Shown in pieces: positions 50,421 through 60,976 of a DNA stretch of 64,000 bases (position 1 is the stretch's first letter; the number at the start of each line of letters is the position of its first letter). The notes under the pieces are model-generated. The model saw only the letters and a list, made by a program, of their open reading frames with translations, was not told the origin of the DNA and made no database searches. The DNA lies in NCBI RefSeq assembly GCF_963853765.1, contig NC_088854.1, forward strand, positions 26,536,001-26,600,000, read 5' to 3'. This DNA comes from Magallana gigas (taxonomy: Eukaryota). The position numbers and the translations under genes were made by a program.

Positions 50421-53400
50421 CTACAACATTTTGTAAAACTGTCATTTATGAGTTTTAAAACATGTAAATGAATACAAAATATACAGGGTACCTGTAAAGT
50501 TCGTAACGAATTTGAAAAGAAACAAAATGAAACCAATTGAAACGAAACCAAAAATGGAAACGAAACAAAGTTAAACAAAATATGAAATCAATTATGACTA
50601 CATAAAAGTAAAAAAAAACCATTTTAAGGTAGCTCCATACTCGTAAAATTCTCTGAGGAAAGTTGAAAAACCGAACTGATTTCGACTTAATAGACTTAAA
50701 TGTCACCAATTGTTAGAAAAAATATACATGTCATCACACTTTTTGAGATGCCAGATACACATAAACTAAAGTATATTTTAGCATTAGAAAAATGTATTTT
50801 TTTTCTTGTAGGCAGAAATTTGTTTTTCTTGTTTAATTTTAATGTCAACTTTATCAGAAAACTAAAATTACAAAATTATTTTAAAATTAATCGTTGGAAT
50901 AAGAAAAACTATAGCATTTAGACATACAACTGAGAGAAAAGTCAGAAAAAGAGTTATTTCCCCTTTGCATAGATAAAATATATAAAAATTTGGAAATTTA
51001 GTATAAGATTAAGTGCGAAAATATCTTTAACCTACCAATAATTCTAATTACATCCATGTGATTATATTCACATAAAATAAATAAAACTATCTTGCACAAT
51101 TTTTAAAGAATTCAAAGTTTTACAAAAAAGTATAGGGTCACAGAACACTGGATCTACTTTAATATTGTAATAAAATTTTAAACCATTAAACTTTAACAGT
51201 TTGTTTCAAATGGTTTCATTTCGTTTCAAATGGTTTCGTTACGTTTCGTTCACTTTTGTTTGTGATTTTGATTCGCACTTTACAGGTGCTCAAATCTACA
51301 ATATACAATATGTAATCTTCTCTTTACTCAGAGACTGCAAAAAATAAATGTTAAAGAAATAGAATTCAAACAGATTTGAAAAATTCTGCTTTTGCATATC
51401 ATTATGGTCATTCCTGCTTAAATGAATGTAATAATGAAGAAACACATTCTGTAACAACTGATAAGTGAATTCTTATCCTCTTATATACAAGAATTTTTAG
51501 ATACCCTAACAAATTTGTTCTGAATTCTTTGACATCTCCCCTCAGAAGGACTGGCCCTTCATTGGTGTGCACATTTGAAATCCTGTCATCTAAAGATACT
51601 TTGTACCAAATATTTTGTTTCAAATTGAGTCAGAATATTAAAGACAGAGAGGCAAACTACAACAAGAGATGTTTGTGAAATACTAATGGCATATGGACCC
51701 CTAAAAACTGCTTGATTGTACCCAAAAAGGAACTTGAGTAAGTTGACCCAGATATTAACATGATAAATCTGTATACCGAATTTCAGTATGTGCAACAACT
51801 GTGAAGAAAATGAAAGAAAACTCTGTAATTGGAATTTTTCGAAGCCTATAAGGTGCATAATTCTGTCAAAAATTGCTTATATTCTTAATTTCTAAATGTC
51901 CTTATGTATGCTGAATATCATTTCAGTAGGTGCAATCTCTGCGAAGATAATGAACGGAAACTGTTGGTGGACTGACCAACTGACAGGCAGACAGACAGCA
52001 GCAAAGCAAAATGCCCTCCCTCCTTCAAAGTGGTTTTTCATAACACCTATCAATTTCTTCTTTGATTTCTTTAAAAATTATTGTTTTACAATATTTCCAA
52101 CACTTCACATCTGATGAAAACCAAAGAAACACCTACTTTTAGTGTTGGTTCTATCTGGTAGCAGGGGTTTGTTTGGGGTCCCCCTCGGTCTCCCTCTGCG
52201 TCGTTTGACTGGACTGCTGTCTGAGGATGCTTGTGTAGCAGTATTATCCCCCTGTACCTGGTGTGCTGGTAAAGACTGGGACTGAAATTGTAAATTCACA
52301 TAAAAATTCATAAAACTACAGTTGCACCGTATCTTTAAGTATTGCCATTCTACATGTATATGTGTTTTCATTTCAAGAAAAATGATTTCAAAAACAAAAT
52401 TGTTTTCAAAAATGATGTTAGATGTTTGCAACCTTACAGATAAATTTCATTCCCTTTGCAACATTCTAAGAAATCAAACTGGTAAATTTTCCTTGTTTAG
52501 CTTACTTTTAAAACAAGAATGGTAAGAAAGTGTTTGTACACCAAATTGTCTAGTATGATAAGTTTATATATACCTTACATGAAATAATGTAAGAATCTAA
52601 GCATGCTGATCAATATAATGGCACCCTTAAGGAAATATGAGTTGATCTTTCTTTAATTCATTCAACATTCACTTATCAAAAGAGTTCTTAATAAAAATAC
52701 TTGCTCACAGTTTGTATCAGTAATGCACATGAGAAAAATGTACAATTTATTATGATTTTAGGTAAAATAAAAATTTTCAAAATGTCAAGTTACTGGGCTT
52801 CAATCTCTGTGTATCAAATGGCAAAGCTGCAGGTCTAAAGCTCCAAGTCTGACAAAATTTTCGAGCTACAGACCTGCAGCTACGATAGTCAGTGAATTAG
52901 AAAAGAAGAAATATAGAGTTGGACCCTCACTTTTCTTCTTCCTCGCTTAGACTGTGTATCGATAACAACTGAGTTGAAGTAGTCTGGTCTCTGACTGTCT
53001 CTCCGAGCTCTCTCTGTTCTCCGTACTCTTCTGGTAGATGAGTCATTGTCTGAAGCAAAAGCCTTCATATTTGTTTTCTTGTTCATGTTGTTATTGATAT
53101 TTACGCTGATAAGCATATGGCCCTGCTTCAAAATACAATGACATTACATTCAACAGTTGCATTCAGGGTTGGCTGGGAAATACCAGTGCTGGAAATTACC
53201 TGTGGTAAATATTGGTATTTCCCGTCCCGGTAAATACTACTGATTTTCACTAAACTGGGAAATACTGGGAAATACAAATATAATCATTATTTATTTAATT
53301 TGTTCAATGTAAATAAAACAAATGTTTAGGATATTAAGATATTAACAGTAAGCGTCAAAACACAATTTAGCATACTTTAATTGCCATTTCACTGTCTGTT

Positions 53401-56400
53401 TATGAATCTTAAATTCACCAGATCATCTATTCACAGAGACTTCTTTAACTGCTAGAGTACAAGTTTTAGTCCAGCTTTTTGAACCCCAAGTTTGGTGTTT
53501 TACAGATTCAAAGCACAAAATAAACTGTTACATGTATAATTACTGTACGTGTCACACGTAAAACTTAAATAATCACACATGTTGTTTTAATTAATAATTG
53601 ATTTTTGACAGTTTTGAGCTCCTGTTTTGGGGAGATATATACTACGAGTGTGGCTCATTGCCTATTCAAGTGCATTGCATGCTGAGGTAGTGACATACTG
53701 TAGATTCCTTATTAAACACCAGGAATTAATATCCTTGTAAAATCGCGAGAAGCACCCTTCACGGATTTTAAAATCTTACCATTATTTCTTGAGAGTCAAG
53801 AACCATAAGAAAAAGAGAAAAAAAAGTTCCACGTTCACGATTTTAAGTTCCCGTGATTTGTTTCCAACCAGTGGGATCGCGGAATTAAGAACTCGCGTAA
53901 GATAAGAAATTTACAGTAGTCACACTTTATTTTTCATAATTTTCTTTGCCCATCTTTGGAATATTCATAAAAAGATAACCAATGCATTACTGGCCAGTCA
54001 AAACATGATAAAATCCAAGTCAATTATAAAATGTCATAGCTGACAAGGTGTACTGTTGTCTACATGCTAAAAGATTTGATATAGACTACATGTAAGTATT
54101 AAGTACTATAATATTTAGTTGTACTTTATTTCCCAGTATTTCCCGGGAATTACAAGTATTTCCAACCGTCCTGGGAAATATGAGTATTTCCCGCTTTTTA
54201 GCCAACCCTGGTTGCATTCTGAGTACATGTACTAATACATGAAGTGAGATTCAAATTAAAGAAGTTTTTTGAAAAGTTTTTTCATTGTATCTTCTAGCTG
54301 GTATTTTATGACAGAATATACATATTTGTAAATAATCTTACACAAATTCAAGAGACATTCACGGACCTGTTAGTGCATGGTGATAAATACATATGCATTT
54401 GTAAACCTTGAGTAATTTTCCAAAAGAGAAAAGAAAATTTATAGTACAGAGTTAAAAAAGGTATGAGAAGAGAAGCAGGTAAATATGATATATAAGAAGT
54501 AATTGACAACATTTCTCAGGGATTTTCTGTATCTTGTGTATTGAAAAAAATAAATCAAATTTCTAGCTATCACTGAAACACAAAGTTGAATCAATTCAAG
54601 GTGAAAAAAAATCTTAAATGTCTTCTTAGAACCATTTTAACAAGAGCTTGGACTTTGGGTAGTTGTGTCAAACAGCATTGTGACGTAGGCCTGTCTATTT
54701 CATTGTAGGCCACTCAGCTACTGCTCTTTGAAATCAACAAGGTTTCTCTGGGTTTGGAGCTAAGACTACGCAATCGGTGCATATTTCGCTTGAAACCGCA
54801 TCATTTTTAACTTGTTTTGACTTAAGAAATAGATAGCTACCTCCAACCGAAAGTCCAAGGTCTTGCAAAAATGGTTCTATTGAAATTCATGTAGAAACTG
54901 ACAAGAATGAAAACAAAATCAATATTTCTATATCTATAGTATGGAAGTACATATAAATGTAGATATCTAATGTGTTATTGTGACGAGAATGCCTAGGGAA
55001 GTCGAAAAGTACAAGGTATGAAAAAATGGATCCAAATGAAACCAAAATAGAATATAATATATCATATTGTAACTTTGATTTGTTGAATTTGTTTTGTCAT
55101 GAAAGAATTTCATGAACATGATGAACACGGACATGGACATGAAACAAGAGTGCCAAGATCTCAATTATAATTCATTATCAATTAAGCTACTTATTACTAT
55201 TAGTTTAAAAACGTACATTGTATAAATGTTTAATATGAACATATTTCAGCACAGAGATTCATATAAATATATATGAAGTTTTTATTTTTAGCAAATTGCA
55301 AATGATTACTTTATATTTACATCTATCAAGCATGATTCCTTCTATTTCTTACGGAAACTTATAGTTAATTTATAGCTCTATAGAAACAGCCTGAATAAAA
55401 TCTACATGCCCCAGCCATTTATAGACTGGTCAAAACCTACAGCGATCAAAGAAAAATCTTGTACTGCATGAAATAATCATGATGATGTCATACTCAAATT
55501 CCCAATGAATATGAGATGATTTAGCTGTTTCTTTTAGCTAACGTACTTGCATGTGTACAATAAAAGTCATTTAGTGAATTTTACTTACTTTTTGCGATCA
55601 ATTTATTAATTTGTTAAAAGGAATATGTTATATATACAATAAAATGCTTTCTTTGATGATTCATGCAGGTTATGAGGATGGCAATCATTGAAGAAATAAT
55701 TTGCAGTATCCATCATACCTAAACTAAACTAAAAATGTACAAACCCTGGGTTTACTTTGGATTTACTAGAGTGGACCCAGAGTAAACCCAGAGTGGACAT
55801 ATAGAATAAACCCCGATCAGAAGTATACCCCAAAAAGCAGATGCTACAACCTACATGTGTATTCAGAATAAACAACGGGGCAGAAATTATAGGCAGTAAA
55901 ATGGTAAGGTAAAAGACAGGTCTGTTTCACACTTCAGTGCATACAGTTGACCCCAAAAGCATTCCCGAGAAAACCCAAAGTAAGCACCCGCCACCAAGTA
56001 AACCTAAAGTTCACCCCAAGTGGACCCAAATTTTCAAAAAGCAATCCCAGAGTAAACCCAAAAAGTAAACCTGGGGTTAGGATGGATTTACTCTGGTGTT
56101 AGTTTGGGTCTGATCGATACTGTACACATGTACATAACGCACTGACACGATTACATATTTTTTCTGCAATGTCGCCACCATCATATCCTGCTTTCATTGT
56201 TTAAATGAGATGCATAATGAACCGCGATAGAGTATATGTTTAGAAGGACAGACAGTCAAAATGTCATATATACAAATAATCATATCCCTCTAGTTATATT
56301 AGAAATACCTGATGATCCTGATATGAGTGATGGGAACTTTTTCGACCAAAATTGATGCCCACATGAGCAGAACTTGCAGGCAACTGGAATCTATGTGAAT

Positions 56401-57399
56401 ATTGAGATTACATGTATAAGTAAATATTCTAATCTAACTGGAGAGCATATTACCCAACTCATTTTATTCTACACTAATTTAGAAAAAAAATAAAGTACAT
56501 TGTGTTCCTTTTTGTCAACTACATGTATATATCATTAGCTAAAAAATTTCTTTTGAGAAGCCTCCACTTGGGCAGTAAATGCTTGCTGTCATCAGTCAGA
56601 AGTGACTAAATTTACACAGCCACATGAAATGGTTGGTCCACATTCCTCAAGTCTTATCAAACACATTTAAAGTTTGCTCTAAGCAATTTTTAAAAGATTT
56701 CAATTACACATAAACTTAGCTGCGATCTGTAGCTCTTAGTCTGAACAAAATTGGGTGGACAACCTGAGAGCTACAGTGCATCTTATAGTAAAAAATTGCA
56801 CTCTATGGCACACAAAAAAGTGTGCTAGTGTCGATCTATAGTTTTGGACTGATTTATCTTATTTCCAAACACATTTTGTGCAAATATTTGATTCCAAACA
56901 CCATCATCAGCCCCGTAAAGTGAAGTGGTGAAGTTTGTTCACATGTAAAAATGGCAACTCTTGATCTCGTCATAAATTTAACATACTTAATTTACCAAGG
57001 TTGGTTAGCACGTTTCGGAGAAAGCCTGAGGCAAGTAAAATTGCATGAAGAATTTAATGGTGCTAATTTTTTTCCACAGAATTTGTGTGTTCATAAGGTT
57101 ATTTAGTCCAAAAATAGAGCAGTTTTGTGTGCACATTAAATTGCAGTTTTTTTTACTTTGGGAGGCACTGTAGCTCACAGATCGTACATCCGATTTTTTT
57201 TCAGACCGGGAGCTAAAGACCTGCAAGTAACATAAACTGAAAGTGTAAAAAAATATACACAAATCTAATGCAAACACCAAGCCATGTTGTGGTTGAAAAA
57301 TTCCTCTTGAATGTTAAGATAAGGTACCTGTTGCTCGCATTTTGGACATTTTTTAACAACAGTTCTGTCAAAACTTCGTTTCCTTGCAACTCCCCTCAT
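50284..57399 (-). CDS. C16orf87: UPF0547 protein C16orf87 homolog, 5 coding exons: complement(join(57328-57399,56309-56390,52931-53049,52137-52281,50284-50420)), 555 nt, 184 aa
   Basis: GT..AG introns with phases 0,1,0,1 giving one open frame. KKCPKCEQQIPVACKFCSCG matches the family N-terminal Cys motif (human [20 protein letters not shown] as I recall it); RRVRRTERARR, AT-hook-like RRRGRPR and the C-terminal EEDMHAELPQERIKQFQYILMDLNAK helix are in the expected order. Confidence 0.9.
50489..51288. mobile_element. 800-bp TIR element with (GAAAC)n-like subterminal repeats, in C16orf87-like intron 4
   Basis: ACCTGTAAAGT...GAAACGAAACC at left mirrors GGTTTCGTT...ACTTTACAGGT at right. Confidence 0.65.
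51661..52043. mobile_element. Second copy of the AACAAGAGATGTTTGTGAAA family, in C16orf87-like intron 4
   Basis: Shares start, AAGGTGCATAA, CTCTGCGAAGA..ACGGAAACTGTTGGTGGA and ATGCCCTCCC end with 45100-45406. Confidence 0.7.
52137..52281 (-). CDS. C16orf87: C16orf87-like exon 4 (SQSLPAHQ...VKRRRGRPRGTPNKPLLPDRTNTK), AT-hook-like
   Basis: Acceptor CAATTTCAG, donor GTAGGT, 145 nt; inside supplied ORF 52105..52431. Confidence 0.88.
52931..53049 (-). CDS. C16orf87: C16orf87-like exon 3 (DNDSSTRRVRRTERARRDSQRPDYFNSVVIDTQSKRGRRK)
   Basis: Acceptor CTTTTGCTTCAG is the only one giving the required phase 1; donor GTGAGG; 119 nt; lies inside supplied ORF 52889..53131. Confidence 0.85.
53164..54210. 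mobile_element. hAT-type MITE (1047 bp) with perfect 8-bp target site duplication
   Basis: TIR CAGGGTTGGCT/AGCCAACCCTG, subterminal GGGAAATAC repeats, GTTGCATT at 53156-53163 and 54211-54218. An 8-bp TSD with CAG ends is the hAT signature. Confidence 0.9.
53696..53918. mobile_element. TA-flanked MITE (TACTGTA...TACAGTA) nested in the hAT MITE
   Basis: TACTGTAGATTCCTTAT mirrors ATAAGAAATTTACAGTA; TA ends suggest Tc1/mariner type. Confidence 0.75.
54627..54879. mobile_element. 253-bp TA-flanked MITE; truncated relative at 45536-45683
   Basis: TAGAACCATTTTAACAAGAGCTTGGACTTTGG mirrors CCGAAAGTCCAAGGTCTTGCAAAAATGGTTCTA. Confidence 0.8.
56309..56390 (-). CDS. C16orf87: C16orf87-like exon 2 (IPVACKFCSCGHQFWSKKFPSLISGSS)
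   Basis: Acceptor TTCACATAG, donor GTATTT, 82 nt. Confidence 0.9.
56715..57225. repeat. Degenerate inverted repeat (old foldback element) in C16orf87-like intron 1
   Basis: 56720-56850 aligns in reverse to 57105-57225 via TAGCTC..GTCTGAA, GAGCTACAGTGC, AGTAAAAAA.TGCA, GCACACAAAA, TTTTGGACT. Confidence 0.55.
57328..57399 (-). CDS. C16orf87: C16orf87-like exon 1 (MRGVARKRSFDRTVVKKCPKCEQQ)
   Basis: ATG at 57399, 24 codons, donor CAG|GTACCT. Confidence 0.88.
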
Positions 57400-57597
57400 T
57401 GTTCAATTTGTTCTTTTCATTTTTTTTTTCTCTAACCGGAAGTAATTTCTCTTGATTATCGTCCTTGTTCAAGAGGGCGCTGTAAACCGGAAACCAAGAT
57501 TATTTATTGTCTCTATGGAGATTTCTTGCATGGCTTCCGCATAACAACTGTTTTGCTGTCAGTAATACACACACAAGGGCATTTAAAGAAAAGAAAA
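57378..57597. promoter_or_regulatory. Compact bidirectional promoter shared by C16orf87-like and CFAP77, with ETS-type and RFX X-box-like motifs
   Basis: 198 nt between divergent ATGs; CCGGAAGT at 57436-57443, CCGGAAA at 57487-57493, GTCTCTATGGAGAT at 57509-57522, GTTTCCTTGCAAC at 57378-57390. Divergent geometry is direct; motif function is inferred. Confidence 0.65.
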
Positions 57598-57696
57598 ATG
57601 GCAGCAGCGATTGGGCAGAATCCCTTCAACCTAACAGCAGCGGGAGAGCTTGGAGCTCACCGCGAAACAATGCTAAACAACGAATTACTTCTCAGA
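57598..57696 (+). CDS. CFAP77: CFAP77 exon 1 (MAAAIGQNPFNLTAAGELGAHRETMLNNELLLR)
   Basis: AAAATGG start context, 33 codons, donor GTAAGT at 57697. Confidence 0.88.
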
Positions 57697-60600
57697 GTAA
57701 GTGTAGATTTTCAATTTATCATCATCCCAATTGTGATCATAACTAACGAATTTTGAAAGTCAGAATGAGACAATATATTTTACTACATTCTTTCCAGTTT
57801 ATCTCATATGTGCTTTTATAGCATTGTGTTTTCTTGTTGTTGCCTATCTGTATGTCGATCAAAACAGCTTAACTTTTATCGTTCCATAAACAAAACGTTT
57901 TATTGTAATATATGGTAATCATGGTAATATTAATGTGCATCTTTATATCAGATTTTAAAAAAGTATTGTTCAAAGTTAGATTAATATTATACTACAAAAA
58001 GTAAGTATAGGTTAATAATTGAGTAAACATAAATTAACATATGCACATCAATCATATCATAGCTCGATATTACACATACAGTGTAGTGTGATATTACACC
58101 AGATGGTGGAATGAACTATTTGGGAAGAAGAAAAAGAAGAAGAAGTGGTTGGAGGTGGTTTATTAATGACTGGTTCTTTCTGAACCTCAATGTGGCTAGA
58201 TATAATATATATATAACTAAATAAGCCATATGCAGCAGTCACTTTTCTAAAAAAAAAACTTTTTAAATTTAAAATCACCCAGATATATATACATTCATAT
58301 TTTAAGTATCAATAGAAAAAAATATTAAGCACCCAGTAGCCACTATAATATCTAAATTATGTTATAGACAGAGCTAGGAAAACCAAAAAGAAGAGGATAT
58401 GGATCCCCTGGAGAGGGGTTTGTGTTTGGGAGACCAAATGAAGCGAGGCATGGTGGAGCAGATGATGGTAAGTATAATATAAAAAAAACATTAGCTGATC
58501 AGTATTGTCACATTAACAGAAAGGAATTTCACAAATAAAAATGTCACAAAGAAACAATCTGATTAAAATCAGATCCTCGATGCTCGCCATATCATTAAAA
58601 CGGGAGCATCGAGGATCTGATTTTAATCAGTTTGACAAAGAAAGTTTTTCAAATGGTTATATATGTAATTATGCTAGTACTACATGTATGTATAATATTA
58701 TACAATGTTATAAATTTGTAGCTTTACATGGTTGGCAAAGGACTCTTTCCACAACCACATTACCATTTGCAAGAAAAGATAAAAATGCAGATAGAGATTT
58801 TATGGCTCTCAACAAAGCTGCTGTGCAAAATGGTTTAGTCACTGCTGGGGAAAATTATGAATTCAGGGCAACTCATGATGTCCGAAGAAAAACAGCTGGA
58901 TCAGAAAATACTAGGGCTAGAACAAGAAGAATACCTCCCACTATGGTGTTTGGGATATCAACACGGTAGTTCTAACAATAAATTACTATATAAGCAAATG
59001 CTTCTGATGTTCACTAATTTGTAAGTAATGTTATATTTATAATGTCATAGTGAGAGATCACACAGAACTACTGGCTTAATTAACAGTTGATTTATTTTTG
59101 TTGGATCAATCTAAGTTCAGCCTGTAAAATGATTATATATAACTTTCTGAGAAGAAAAAAAAATATTTCTGTTTCAGGCCATCAACGCCCATTTTTGATC
59201 TATTAGAACACAAATATCAGGATAAATGGCTACAACAGAGAAGGCAACAAGAACTTGCCAACCGAAAAGAAGAAACCCAGGTAAAATTTTGACTAAAAAA
59301 GAAATCTTCTGATATATTTGTTTAAAATATGAATCTGGGGTTTTTTTTGCACTTTAATTTTGAGAAATTTGAATTCACATCAGAGGTACTGAATTTCTTA
59401 TATTTTATAATAAGCACAGTTATGCAGTTTATTTTTGCATTTTCCAACCAGTGTATGCAAGGAATGAAAAGTTTTCATTTTTTTTAATTGAAATTGCACA
59501 TTATATTTCATATCAAACATTACTTTATTAAAACTAAAGTGTTTTGAAAAATATAGAACTTGACTGATGATTTTCCTCATTAGAATCCAATTCTCCCTGA
59601 GGCCAGGTTGTCACAATCAGCAGGGCCATACCCAATAGTGAGTGTTGCAAATTGCAGCAACATTTTTTTGTGGTGGTTTCTGACCTTATGAAATAACCTG
59701 TAGATTATTTCACCTTTTGCTTTCCAAATTAACCTAATTAATAAATTTCATTATAGCTGATATACTTGTAATAAATACACTTTTGAAACAGTTTGAAAAA
59801 ACATTTACATGCATTCTGTTTATCAATCATGTGACCATGCTGTTCTTCTTAAATTCTGTACATAAAAACTTTGAAAAACACAATTAAATATAAAATAAAA
59901 ACTATAAGGAGAAATTTAAATACATGTACTTTGTGTATGAATTTATGATATTTACTATTTAGAAGATTCAACAATATATTTTTTATACAGTATAAGTACA
60001 TTTAAATATAGCATGAATTAAGACACCCTTAAATTTTTGGGCCAGTGCAGACCAATTTGAATTTTTTTAAAATTTGGAACTATATCAATACAAGATTTAA
60101 TTCTAAATTGGAAATATTTTAATTTCCTATGAACCATTTTGATTTTTTGGTAATGGGGAGGGGATATCATATTACATGTTAATATTTATTATTTTACATT
60201 AACATGTTAATACAGAATAAAATACTTACTATTTATATTGTTCTACATATTAACAGATAAAATTCATACATGTATGACATAAACAGAAAACTTTGGATTT
60301 AACTCACATTTGAAGTAATCAGTCTTATTTCACTTTTATCTTAATTAATTTTGGATAACTGCTTTAATACTAATTTAAGTATGTGGTTTGAGTCTAGTTT
60401 TGCTAATTCTTTATGCAATTGTGTGGCTTTAAACTCTATTCTGCTGCAAAACCTAACAGGAAACTCTTCATGCAAATGAGTACTATTAAGTACTCAAAAA
60501 AACTTTAAAAGTGATTGACTTATAGAGACTGTTAGCTTAAATGAAACTAATTATAATGAGCTAAATTTTTGCCCAACAGAAAAGGAAACACTTATGGGAA

Positions 60601-60834
60601 ATGAAGGTATTTACTATATCAAGTAAATTATGATAGATGGAATCTTGCACATATTAAGATTAGTAGTTTACCAATTCTGGAATGGCTTCATTAGCATAAT
60701 TATGTAACTTTTCAGGAACTGATTATATTTTATGAAATGTCATGTGTATGAATTTCTAAGCAACGCTGACAGCATGGATCCCTAGTTAGCCCTTAAAATC
60801 AGTATGAAAATAAAATCGAAGTTAATCAAATTGC

Positions 60835-60890
<56 letters not shown>

Positions 60891-60916
60891 ATGCATGCAT
60901 GCCTATCATAAATAAG

Positions 60917-60976
<60 letters not shown>

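Noticed and set aside
55736-56147. AGTAAACC-rich insert in C16orf87-like intron 2 as a repeat array
   Set aside because: Motif copies are irregularly spaced and degenerate with no clear termini; probably an old repeat fragment.
58085-58200. Purine-rich stretch in CFAP77 intron 1 (WWNELFGKKKKKKKWLEVVY) and antisense ORF 58057..58278
   Set aside because: Driven by a GAA/AAG low-complexity run; no good donor and stops in the CFAP77 frame.
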